A stretch of DNA of 64,000 bases from Phoronis australis (Eukaryota; Animalia; Phoronida). Below, piece after piece: positions 10,201-22,900 of the stretch. The stretch covers positions 299,165 through 363,164 of the forward strand of contig NMRA01000128.1 of assembly GCA_002633005.1 (NCBI GenBank), in the 5' to 3' direction. The first letter of the stretch is position 1. Every line of letters starts with the position of its first letter. The notes under the pieces are model-generated. The model was not told the origin of the DNA and made no database searches. It saw only the letters and a list, made by a program, of their open reading frames with translations. The position numbers and the translations under genes are program-made.

Positions 10201-13200
10201 TGATGTTGTTATAAACCATTGTGCATTTGAGATTTGCATTGGAAATGACAGAGGATTTGTCTTATGATTTATGTATTTTTCAATTTCAGATCCGTCAGAC
10301 CCCAGTGGGTTTCTCATGGAACTGAGTGGCTTTTTAAGGGAATATGGTATGAGCTTCAGCGATAGGTTCAGTATGAACAAATGAACACTTTCCTAAACCT
10401 TTGTTCAGTTATAGTGAAGTCGGTGGTAAGACCAAATTTCTACCTTAAGTTTTAAGTCACTTTCAAGAAAAAGACCCCTGGTGCCAAATTATACCAACGT
10501 CTATGATCTGAACATAAGGTACAAGAGATTACTGATTACCATTATGTCTGCAAAACAAGCTGTATAACAATAATTTTTTGTTTCAAAAATGCTATAATTA
10601 ACTCAAGTTAAATGATATGATGAAAACAATGCATTATGGTACATACTTGTGGTCAAACAGTTGTATAACAATTCTGACAGACACCCTCTGTCTAATATTG
10701 TGTTTTCAGGATGTCCTTACAAGTCACTATGTGAAGGTCCCATAAGTCAACGTTTGGCAACACGGAACAACTGCTTACAGCTGTTAGGTTGGTGTAACAC
10801 TTGATTTATGGTTGTTTTTATGTGCCCACATATTTATATGTGGACGCATTATGCCGTCATCTCCGTCCGTCCGGGCGGCGTCTGTCCGGCGTCTGTCCGG
10901 CGTCCGCTGCTATAACTCCAAAAGCGTTTGACTTGTGTTCATGAAATGTTGTACATGTGTTCCTTTCATGGATGGGACGACATGAGCAAACTTTCGGACG
11001 GATTTGACTACCGGTCTGCCCCCTAGTGGCAGTTTTATTTTTTTACGCTTACCTCAATATCTTCAAAGGTCTTCAGCATATTTTCATAAAATTTGGCATG
11101 TAGGCATGTGAGATGATGCTATCCACTCGTTTTCGGATAGATTCGACGTAATTTGCACCACCTAGTGGCCATTTTTACTGTTTTCGAGTATGTTTTTAGT
11201 CGTTCACCCCTCTATCAACCAAATCGCTTTCAGGATAATTGTTAAAATTGGTTTGTATGTTTTTACTATGAAGTGGATGGCTGACGATGATTTTCCGATG
11301 ACTTCAGCTACTGTGGCGCCTCTTAGTGGCAGTTTCGTTTTTTACGCCCATGGCTTTATCTCTTAAACCGTTTGCAGAATCTTTACAAAATTTAACTGGT
11401 GTCTTTATGTGATGTTGACAAAGAACAACGATGACTTTCAGACAGATCTGAGTACTGGTGTGCCCCCTGCTGGCAATTTTAGATTTTACGTTTACCTCTG
11501 TATCTTCAAGGGTCCTTAACTGATTTTCGTAAAATTTTGAATACAGGCATCTGTTGGTGAGATGACTCTATCCTCCCGTTTTTTTGGATGAAATCGAGGT
11601 ATTTTGCGCCACCTAGTGGAAATTTTTGCTGTTTTTGAGTCTGTGTTTTGGAGTCCACACCTCTGTCAACCAAATCATTCTAAGGATGGTTTTAAAAATT
11701 GGTGTTTATGTTCTCTGTGTGAAGAGGATGGTTGACGATGACAACTTCGACTACTGTGGCATCTCCAATGTTAGTTTTGTTTTGTTTTGCGCCCACAGCT
11801 GTATCTCCTAAACCCACTGCTGGGTCTTTATTAAATTTAGTAAGTGTATTTATATTAAGCTAACAACAGACAATGACGACTTTCAGGTGGATCCAATGAA
11901 CACTGTGCCCCCTAGTGGCAGTTTTCATTTTATTCTGTTTTCCTTTGTTTCTCTGACATTCCGAGACAGATTCCTATGAAATTTGGTGAATAGCTTTCTG
12001 TTAAATAAGCTATGACATGTTCCCATTTTCGGATGGATTGTATGTTTTTGCGCCATCTATTGGCCATTTTTATGACCAATAAACAACTCTAAAAGCACAC
12101 TGTTTGCGATGCATACGTGGGCGCATTTCAACGCTCGGCGTTGCTCTTGTTTTACCTGCTTACTTTTATTGTTCTATTCTGTAAGTGTTGGCTACTGTAG
12201 GTAAGAGGATACTTTTGTCCCAAAGCATCTCGTAAAACTTCATATTTTTAAAATCTTTGATGGTCACAGAAACTTATTATGTACATGAAAGCAATACTCA
12301 TAAGTTCATAATTGTATGCCTGTTTTTTAAAGCGTGATTTTAATGAAGATCTCCAAATTTTCTGCAAACATTTTTTTTTTCACAGAAAATTATGTTTGTT
12401 CATTCTATTATCAACAAAAGTGTGCTTGGAGCTCATCTGTTAAAAACGAAGACTTAATAATACTTTAAAGGAATGTTGATATCTTCATTCTTGATGGCAG
12501 AATTATTTAAGAAATTCTATCCTTGGTAATGAAATTAAGCTGCCTTCTTGAAGGGGTTATGAACACAGTTTAGGAAGTTGTTGCTAAACTCATAAAAGGA
12601 AGAGACAATAATATATTTTGACTGAAATTAAGACTTATACAGCCATGCTTGCTTTTGTACTCTATATTTCTGATTAGCGTCTTTACATAGAGAATTAATG
12701 GAAATTTACTTAAATTTCAATAATAATGTGGAGGCTTGTTTTATTATTTTCCAAAAACTTTAAGTCTATTAGTAAACAGTCTGGTGCTTTTTTCACAGAT
12801 TACCTGTTAACTGAGCTTATGGCTGTCAGAATGTTAGCAGTAGACCGTCCCAGTGCACTCAAACCAGTGTCTTCACCAACTGTCTCGGAGCAGGTAGGTG
12901 GCTAGCAAAGGTGTCCCTCACTCCTTGGGGGGGGTGGGGCAATTGCCCTCATTGAGTTTATTGTCTATGTTTATACAGGAGTCCACGGTTTTGAGTTGGC
13001 AATGTGTAGATGTACATACAGGAAATGAAAGGTTTGGATCCAGTAGGTGCCACTAGTGAGGAATGATGTTTTCCTAAGTTCGGCGATCTTGTGCATTAAG
13101 AATGTACAGAGTTGTATGTCCATGTACTTTAGTGTATGGTGCCCTCTGATTAAAACAATGTCTTATGAAGACCCAGCTGCAGAATTAAATGTGAAGCTGT

Positions 13201-16200
13201 AAAAGGAAAAGCAACTGTTTTTTATATTACCGCAAATTAGATGCCTCTGGTTATCTGCTTAATGTTAATTACTGTTGCCATAGTGTGTTTTCACTATCCG
13301 TCTAACAATAGAAACTGGTGTAAATGGCCCAGTGAAAAACTCGCTTCTTATAAAATCAGATTGCATGTGGTACGACATCTGAACTGCATCGGACGCTCAC
13401 AGGTCGTGTAAGTCGGGCCGTTTGCACAAAAAAGCTGATTTGAAACTCATGAGAACCCTCGCATGTAAATGTAATCATTAGGCTCTTCCTGAGTGCATTT
13501 TAGCTGTGCATTTCACTTGTATTGGAACAACTTTTGAACAAAATTCCCCCATGGGGTGCTCTTTTGGAAACAAGGTCCGAAAAAGTCACATAGGTTTTTC
13601 GGGATCATTTTGCATTCATAGTACATGTATAAAATTTGGATAACGTGTAAATATTTTCAAATTTTTGATCTTTAAAAGGACTGTTACGATATTTCAAGTT
13701 GGCCAATTGTTATCTGAATCAGGGTCAGAATTTTCTTCTATTTGCCAAGCAGACAACAAAATGAAATCTTTCTCTTACAAAATACTGCTGAATGAAGGTG
13801 CTGTAGCTGTCTGTTTAAATTTTTAAAAGAGTTCCCCACTTTTTTAAAAAGACACCTTGGGTTTTTGTTGGTTGCATAGTTACTTTGGTAATATGGACGA
13901 TGTTTCTTTCAGAAATCACAGATAGAATTTTTGCATTTTGGAAAGCAAATGATTTGTTATTCCACAACATAAAAACAACATAAAACAAGTTTGAAGACTG
14001 CTTGGTAACTGTCTGCATTCTGGGTAATAAAAACTTCAGAATGTGGGAGAGATCTTGTTGTAAGTTATTAGTCATAATAATTGGAAAATCCAGGAGTGAT
14101 TTTGAATTAAACTAGTCATAACAGTGGGTAATTTGATTAGAGGAAAGACTGGATCTAGGTTAACATGAAAAGCATTGGCTATGTTAATACTTTTTCTATA
14201 TTCATTTTTATAATGCAGGCTGAAAATGAACTTGCTAGCCATATGAAAAGAATGCTGATAGCTCTAGGGTTCCCAAAACCTCCTGCAGACATCACACCAT
14301 TTCAACTGTTCTCTAAAATTCAAGCTAAGGTGAGTTTGCATGTAATGCAGTGTGTGTGAGACTGTCTTAAAGAATACTGCTACAGCCCACAACCAATATC
14401 AAAGGGCGGCAAGAACACGGCTGTTGTATTTACAAATATAGTCTCCCCCGACTGCCAAACATGGTGCTCCCAACTCACAAACATTTCCACATTACATTGA
14501 ATCTGTACGCTGTGTTTTTCAGTGCAGGCACAAGATTGTGAGTTGGTGAATGCTTTTTTGGATGCATAAGCCATGTTTTATATATGGCAACGTGTGAGAA
14601 CCTATGTTTAACAAGTGTTGCGTATAATCATTTTGTCTTAGAAGTTCTAAGTATAAAGCTTGTCAGTTCTGCTCTAGTTGTTGTTGCTGTTGCTTATGCA
14701 CTCTGTTAACCTCCAGAGGATTAAAGCAAATTTTCTTTGCATTCTGAATGTTTTTTGAGAAGTCTGTGAGCTGTCTCCATATTTTGTTCAGGTGAAAGCA
14801 TTGGTATCTGATCACGCAGACAAGGTGAGCAAGCCTCTACTTAAAGCCAGACTGTCAGAGAAACAATGGGCCCATGTTGAAGGAATGAATGATGCTCTGG
14901 CTCAGGAATACGATCTGAGACGGGACATGTTGTTGAAGCGACTAGACGTCACTATACAGTCCTTCAAGTGGTCTGACCGGGCAAAGGTATGACATGGCTT
15001 ACAGGAGGCCTTGAAACTGATGCTCTGAAAACACAATGTTATAAAATAGATATGTTTGAAAAGTATGTGGAACTATTCTGTTTAAGTCACCAATTAGTTT
15101 TTGGAACAACCTTTCATGTTCAAGCATAAATCCAACCAACCGCTGACATCCACAAAGTTAACATTAATTTGAATAATAAATTTTTAGTGAACTGAAAGAA
15201 GTTATTATTGCAGGACAACTTTTGCTTCTCTCCTCTGATTGTCTGAAATGTATTACAGTAACTTCTCTTATGAGGTGATGTTTAACAGCTAGCTGTGGAA
15301 TATTGCTTTTCATTCATGTAGCCTGGGCGTCAGATGTCACTGTTCATGATCTGACCAGTTAAGGCCTGCAGAAACCATAAACTCTTGACCATGTAAACAG
15401 AGAGCAGACGAAACAGCATTCCAACGGCAATTCAAGAAAAAGCATTCCAATCTGATAAAGAAACAAAGACGTCAGAGAAAAGAAGCATCTATGGACTAAT
15501 CCCTTGGGCATGTCAAGTCATGTGGACCTCGAGAGAGAGAGCAATGGTGCTCTTGCTTAGTTCATATGATCTGATATCATCCTCAGAATTGGTTCATATT
15601 TGTGTATTATTAGGATGTTTTTAATTTTCAAGGAATGCCTTCAATGTCTCTCTCTATTCTGTTTCACTAGTCCAAAGAGAATGAGGTGGCAGCGGTCTAC
15701 CAACCAATCAGAGCTCTTCTTACAACTAAAAAGACAGTAAACATACACGATGTCCTAGCTGCCCGAGAAGGTAGGCACATGGTACAACCAAGGCACTCGG
15801 CTCTCCCTTGAGGTCTTTGCTGGCTGAGAGCTATTGGGTCAGTTTGCTGCCTTCAATTACTAGACAAGTGTATTTTCATACCTTGGCGTGAGCTGTCCTC
15901 TCAACCATTGTTCACTTGAGGCAGTCAGCTCAAGTCATAGTTCTATGTCTGTGCTGGCCCTAAGGTCACGCATGGTAATATGTAAGGTTATGAGGAACCA
16001 TTGAAAAATGTCAAAAATTTACTTCTGAATTGTGTGTCAGAAATGGCCAATCGAATTCGAGTGAACATTTCAGAAGTTATTATTTATGCACTGTTCTCCG
16101 AAATTTGATTTCCAGTTGTTTTAAAAACTCTGTTTTTAGTTGAACAGCTTTATTGTGCTCTACTAAACTTGAAAACACGTCTGGAAAAAGTTGATGCAGA

Positions 16201-18691
16201 ATGAATAAGCTCAATGAGTTGGTGCTAAGTGCTGTGGTGTGACTAGCTTTCTCTCTCATTTCAATGAAGCTGTATCCATAACTTTTGAAGGCCAAACACC
16301 TATGACTCTAAAGTCAGCACTTATTGTATGTAGTTCAATTTTGTGAATAGCTTTGCTTTTTCTAAAATATTTTATTTTCAAACCCCAGCCACCATTTGGC
16401 TAAAGTCAGTAGCTCCCAATACCTAATAACGTTTCTTTTATCTATAGCTCGCCGTAAGGGTTTGCATGGTTGCTTGGAAATTCTGGCTAAAATTGAAAGA
16501 CTAGCTTTGAGTTTTTGCTTCCAGCATTTCTGGAATCATCTATGAGGATTTCTCATGTGTCCATGTAATTTTTTCTCATTGAAATTTAAGGCAACCCTTC
16601 CCAGGAAATGGCCAGTCTTCACAGAAATTTAGTTCTTTTGACAATACTACTACATTTCTGATTATTGACAGCTACTAAATTCAGAAATTGTCTTTCTGAC
16701 AGCTGGCCTGCATTCTTGAAAATCTCAAATGAATTCTGTACCCATAAAGATTTCTTTGAAGCACATCATGTACTCAACCAATTCTGCACAACTCCCAATG
16801 GTCATAACACTTATTGTAGTGATGTTCCATGATTTTTATTCGCATTGGCATGTTAGAAATACAACTTGCTGAGTTTGTTAACATTGCCTTGGTACCATTT
16901 GTTAATGGTATCTATGTTGAAAAACATGAGAGTCACATTGAATAAGTGAAACCAACATCGTCAACTACTTGAGTGATTCTTGAGCCTAATGTCTGACATG
17001 AAAACTAACAGCCTTGATTAACTAATCTGGCAATATTTTTCAATATTTAAAGTTTATAGTTATCCTATTTCATGTGTGCCACATTTTCCATTTCACCTCG
17101 TCAGATTTGACTGCTGTCCAGAAGATCACGACAGGTGACGTCAGGGAACACACCCAATGTGCTGTCAATAAAGTTCTCATGGGCAAGGTAAGACCGCTAG
17201 TCCTTATGTCGGGAAATGAAAATGCATTATTCACTTTTCTATGTATGATTCAAAATCATAACCTTGTGTTTTATTGTGTGAAGGAGCTTCACAGCCCACT
17301 TATATTTGATCAAAAATAAGAATCTTGAGATTCGCCTATGACACTGGTAAAACAACTATTTTCCTGTACAAGTGCGTACGTCCGAGTAGTCATATAGCAC
17401 CCACAAATTCTGGAAAACAGTTTCTTTCAGTTCTCATTCTGTTCACAACCCTTAATTCTTCACTGGCATTGTCTGTTGAATATCTTGTCTCCTATTAGAT
17501 GTTGTGAGGTAGCGAAAACAATCCTGGTTTATTTGATTTTTGCTACTAACATGTTATCTTTTTTCCTTCATTAATGCCAGTGTTTGCACAGTCTTACACA
17601 ACTATGATATTCTTTGCCATTTTAAATGGTGACGAAAGGTTTAAGTTACTGTATACTCAACTACACGACTTTGATGTGGAAATACTTGCATTAATCTTAT
17701 TCACAGATATACAGCAGAGCTGTAGCTACCTTATGTGTTAGAGGAAATTAAGTGGTACGAAAGTAGGACATATGTTCCTTTTGTTTCTGTCAAATAATAT
17801 AGGTCATATAAATGCGACGAAGCATGGGGCATGTTCATTATTATTTTCAAGGCAAGTATATGCTCGAGACTGCCATATATTACTAGGGAAACATGTTATC
17901 TCACTAGCTTTCAATTACAAGCAACACGTGTTACTGACCACGCCCCCTTTCAGTTTATGTGACTCAAGATGTATACTTTATGGATAAGTCAAACCTTGCC
18001 TATCAGAAGTGTACCTGTGCCACCAACTGTTTCATCAAATCTAATCCTCATATCCAGGTTCCTGACCGTGGTGGGCGTTGCCACGAGCTACAGCCCCCGC
18101 CCCCGGAGATGCCATCTTTTATGAAGAGGCAGGCTGGTCCACCTCCTCAACATCAAAGACCCCAGTGTAAGAATTTGATGGTTTTCACAACATTTATGTT
18201 CATAAAACCTTGCAACCTATTCTCTTAACAGATCATGGTGAAGATGTCTTGGATTTGATGATACAAGGGTTGAAATTAAAATGTTAGCCACGGTTAAGTA
18301 AACAGTTTCTGAATTGGTGCTGGTGCAGTGATTCTCATCTTTCTTTACCACAAAGCACTCTAACATGGGATGAAATAAACCTTATTGAACTGTATATGTA
18401 CAATAGAGTCTAGTATCTGTGTCTGGTATTTCAAAATGTTCCAGTTAGAGAAAGTTAAAAAATGACCCAACTGGAGAAGTGAGCACTATCTAATTGCTGT
18501 GTACTTTATTTACAGCATCTCGTGGTGGAAGGGGTGGTAGAGTTCAGGGTGGCTGGTCTGCTGGAGACCAACGATCACACAGTGGTGGAGGGTGGAACCA
18601 GGGTGGTGGACGAGGTGGATACCAGCAGCATGGGGACAACAGCCGTGGTGGATACAGGGGTGGCAGAGGGGGACGGGGACGACGGAATTAG
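7277..18691 (+). CDS. FAM98: FAM98 family protein (FAM98A/B-like, tRNA-ligase complex subunit with RGG tail), about 396 aa, 11 coding exons
   Basis: Exons 7277-7314, 9029-9177, 10290-10346, 10710-10787, 12799-12893, 14219-14329, 14792-14986, 15671-15770, 17105-17187, 18058-18166, 18516-18691 total 1191 nt in frame. Motifs: MENDILDSLEDIGYEG, FLMELSGFLREYGCPY, EYDLRRDMLLKRLDVTIQSFKWSDRAK, NKVLMGKVPDRGGR, PPPPEMP, and a C-terminal RGG/GGW region. Confidence 0.95.
10815..12151 (+). mobile_element. Helentron-type non-autonomous element (HINE/DINE-1-like) with an internal ~148-bp tandem array organised as a ~445-bp trimer
   Basis: Begins with a T-run, subterminal ATGTGCCCACA and its adjacent inverted copy TGTGGACGCAT, then a (CCGT)/(CTGTCCGGCGT) microsatellite and tandem units. 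Ends with 3' subTIR CGTGGGCGCAT, hairpin CAACGC-TCG-GCGTTG and CTCTTGTT. Lies in FAM98 intron 4. Confidence 0.75.
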
Positions 18692-19107
18692 AGAATGCAA
18701 TAAAACTGCTTCAGGAAGTGTTGCTTTCTGTACTTAGACAACTGCTTGTGTTGACTTATCTGATAGACGTTGATAAAAATGAATAACACTTGTTGATATT
18801 TACAATTTCATTTTGTTGATACTCTCTCAACTTCATGAATTCGTGGAGATGTTTGCTACACACTTGACATTCTAGGACTCTTATTTAAAACACCAAATGA
18901 ATGTTCCATAGCAATCTATTTCATAATTGAGCTAAATATTTGGCCAGGGTAAACATTTAGTTCTCACAAAAACACACAAATGAAGAAAGTACATCTAATG
19001 CAAATAAGTAAAATTGTGTTACTGTGCTTCAAGTAATGATTATATGAAACAACATGTCAATGTTAACATAGTGTCTTCTCTCACTACTAATACTATTACA
19101 GTAGCAT

Positions 19108-19620
19108 ACTTTATTGTATTCGAGGCCAGAGGCCCAAAGTACAACAAATATATGTACAAGCACAGTTAAATACAAAACATCAAGTTAAACAATTTTTCTC
19201 TATGCACTGTAACTAAATATACAAACTTTACAAGCACAGTCAAATACAAAACATCAAGTTAAACAATTTTTCTCTATGCACTGTGACTAAATATACAAAC
19301 TTTACAATGTTTGCATCAAGACTCTTCATAATCTTTTTGAAGTATAGGACAGGGTTATGGTTATCAGAATTTACATTCGTGTATTGCTACTGCTGCTGGA
19401 GGTCTGCATAAGCATTACACACCAACGGAAAGTGCAGTTCGTCTTCAATACAGTTCATATTGCAGAATATGCAGTTCTATTACAGTAATCTTATTTTGTT
19501 GTGTTATCCCACTAATTTGTGGTTCACCTCGATTTTTTAATACTCTTAGAGCTGCATTGAACCATTTTCTGATGTCAAAACAACTTTCTTCAGAGCAGCA
19601 TTATTGCAGTCTTATCTTTT
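19108..19620 (-). mobile_element. Degenerate 3' end of a non-LTR retrotransposon (LINE)
   Basis: The minus strand encodes NCIFCNMNCIEDELHFPLVCNAYADL, a CCHC-type C-terminal motif of LINE ORF2. The 3' end reads GGGCCTCTGGCCTCGAATACAATAAA. Confidence 0.65.
19156..19306. repeat. About 75-bp tandem duplication (2 copies)
   Basis: ACAAGCACAGTTAAATACAAAACATCAAGTTAAACAATTTTTCTCTATGCACTGTAACTAAATATACAAACTTT is repeated almost perfectly. Confidence 0.9.
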
Positions 19621-19962
19621 GTTTAAATTAAAGTTGGTTACAACAAATAGCCTGGAATTATACTGCTGCGGTGTCTGAATCTAATCTGTCATGAGAACCA
19701 ATTTTATTATTGGGGAGCAAGATGAGAGATTTTATAACAGTTAGTGGCCTAAAGCAAATTTAAGTTGTTCTTTGACAGAGGGTGCAGCTTTATTGACCTT
19801 TTCATATTCATAAGCAAAAATGTATGGCTGGAAAATTATCACCATTTTGAACAGATCATGCTCAAAACAAATGAATAAAATAATGAACATCAACAAAATG
19901 AGCACACGCTTAAATAATCATTACAAACATGTTAGGATGTCATCACTACTTGTAATGTAACC

Positions 19963-22900
19963 CTAGCTACAAAAGCAACTGAACCATTTTGACTTCTTCT
20001 TTAAGCGGCTTGTTGAGGAGCATGCTGAAAGGAAGAACAAAGTAGATTTCACAAGCAGAAGAACACTGGTCACTTGCAAGGATTTGTGCAGAGACCTAAA
20101 ACAAATTGTAATGGTCTGGTTGGTGGTTACTCTTCCTCAAATGTTCTAAAAATGCAATTAAGATGAATTGGGTTTAAAATTTTTCTGCTATGTGTTGTTT
20201 CGCCTCCAGGTGGCGCACTGAATAATCATTTCCTTGAGGCATTTCCATTCAAATTCCAGACAAACAATATTAGTTGAGATAGTTTGATTTTACATAACCT
20301 GCCTTCCAACAGACAAAAGTTGGGTTAACTTCTACAGAACTCATTGTTTTTAAAGTCAAAATGAAGTGAGCCCACAGCATGTGTGAGTAAACTATGCCAT
20401 ACTGAATATACTCACGGATGGGAGTGACTACCTCTGGTACACTATTGCTATTGACTGGCTTCCACTGGTCTGTGTTAGCACTGTATGTGTAGAGTGGTGA
20501 TCCTGTGTCCAGGCTTGAATCCCACCAACTCTGCTTCACGTAGCGCTATATGGAAACAAACTGGCTGTCATTCATTGATCCAGCAGTAGACACGCTAACA
20601 TTCTCATCAAAAACACTAACTGGAACACTGACCTGTATTCAAGGATTTCAAAAATAATTTTATGAAATCTGTTATCTATGAAATTTTAAAAATAAGTGAG
20701 TAAACATTTACGACTATTTTTTCATAATGCATTTCATATCTTTGTTGTGGAGTTTTTTTATTGTGTTCATTGTTACTTTGCGATGCACAAAAGAGCATAT
20801 CCAGTCATCAAACTTTTTCCGTATGACATCATTGTGTAGGCCTGCGATAATAACAAATTTATAATGAACATCACCAGTTTGCAATTTTCATCATTCTTGG
20901 GAACTTCTATTCCCAATTTCGATGCACAGTAAACAAAAGGAAGGTTCAATAATGATTACAATGTCCGACGCCTTGTGAATGAAACCTTTTATAATGGAAA
21001 GTACTTTTTGAGAAAGCTCCATGACTGAGTAACGTAAAAGTGAAAATTCACCTTAGGTTTCTCTTCTTGGTGCTCATCATCAACGTTTTCCACCATGTTC
21101 TCCATCTTTGTGAACATCTCCTTGGCCTCTTCAGTCATCCTACCCTCTTTCTCAACTTCTTCACTGAATGCCTGAAGCTGCTCTTGGCCTGCCTCGTTAT
21201 AACACACTGAAAGAAGATACAGTCCACAAAATAAGGAAATACACTGTTTGGAGCTCCATGCCCTTTCTTGATAGTCATTTAGTTTAATTGCACCACAGTT
21301 TCTCGTTAATGGTGGTGTTAATGTGACTTCTGTCAAACACAAAATTTGAGTCAGGCCACTTGCCATTATCAAACTGCACCAGTTACTTAAACTAGTGGCT
21401 TACCCACATACAGATAGATAACAGACAGTTATTGGTTGAGGCCATGCTTGCCACAGAAGATGGCCTGAGGTGTCAAATAAAATTATTGGACCTGGTCTCA
21501 AGCACAATGAATTGTCAGTTCAAAATCCAGAATTCACAACTAATTTGAATAAGGAACAAATTGAGATCACTTTTAAAATTGTAACTTGTCCAAATCAAAA
21601 GTTAGTTTTATGTTAGAGGCCAGGAACATTGTGACTTCAACAAAATATTTTTTAAAGAAAGTAACTTCATAAACTAATTTAAGTAATCAGTTACCATTTT
21701 ACAAACCAAACATTTTTTCTTTTTGAAGTTTCCCAGCGATGCATATTTATAATAAATACTTTTTGTGTATAATGACCCATAAATGCAGCAAGAAAAAATT
21801 CTGTAAGTTTTTAAAAAAAAAAATGGGTGTTGAATGTGTAGAAATACTGATGATAGCAAAAGCAAATAGCCATTAGTATTTATAATTGAGAAAAGAACTG
21901 AACTTAAATTACACACAAGTACGCACCAGCCAAAAACATGTCTTTGATCAGACTGAACTGTCTAAATGGGATGTAAGCCCCTCCTGTCCTCTCAGCTAAC
22001 TCTTCATAGAATGGGGCAGCCATCAGCTCGTGTTGAGCTCTGACCCCGTACACTTTAACGCCCATTCCTCGTAGGATGTTGAGCTCCTCGTGCCAATCAA
22101 CATGCTCAGTTGTATACGAAGGTGGATGAGGTACGTCATCTCCAATGACTACCAGGGCTTTGGCCGAGTTCTCTGACCAGTCCAGCTGCTGGGCTTTATG
22201 TAACACCCACTCATAACACTAAAGAGAAGATGAAAAATGTCTATTATAAGTTTCAAAATGTACACAATCATAGTTGTTCTGCCAACCCTGTATGGGGCAG
22301 AGTTGGTAAATATCATGGGTAACTTGCCAACCGATAATTATCGTCTGGAGCTGGCAAAAAAATAATATGCTGAAAACCAGAACGACTAATTGATATACAA
22401 AACTCAGGACAATTTTATGACAGGAAATAGCTAATTCAAAAGATAGTGTTTTGACATTGCAACTAACTTGAGCCTTAACCTTGCTACATGACGTTTACTG
22501 TAGTTATTGCAATGACTGTTGCTGGCTAACTTTGTCATCAACTTGATGAATACTTTAGGCCACTCCACATTTTCAAGTCCAGCCATTATCCATAAGTAAA
22601 TGAGGCAAAGACAATTTACCTCTGGAGAATCCCCTCCTCCTGTAGAGGGCACGTCCATGACAAATGACTTCAAGCTGTTAGCATCTGAGGTCAGATCCAT
22701 GACCTTTAGAACATATTCACTGTAGTCACAATAATCACCATGAACAATAATGCCAATACGGATGTCTGCAATATCACCAAGTAATCTGTCCACTGTTTCT
22801 TTAACTTTTTCTCGCACCTGAAATGTAAAGCTTCAGTTATGGACACTGAAAATCATTTTTCTGATTGTGTTACACATCACTATGCTTAGATGTAAACACT

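Noticed and set aside
10617-10677. ATGATGA...CTGA resembling a C/D box snoRNA in FAM98 intron 3
   Set aside because: There is no terminal stem or recognisable guide, and the CTGAC lies ~30 nt from the acceptor, so it is more likely the branch point.
10900-12070. Regularly spaced conserved motif, superficially like a CRISPR array
   Set aside because: The intervening sequences are homologous to each other rather than unique spacers, the period is ~148 bp, the context is a eukaryotic intron, and there are no cas genes.
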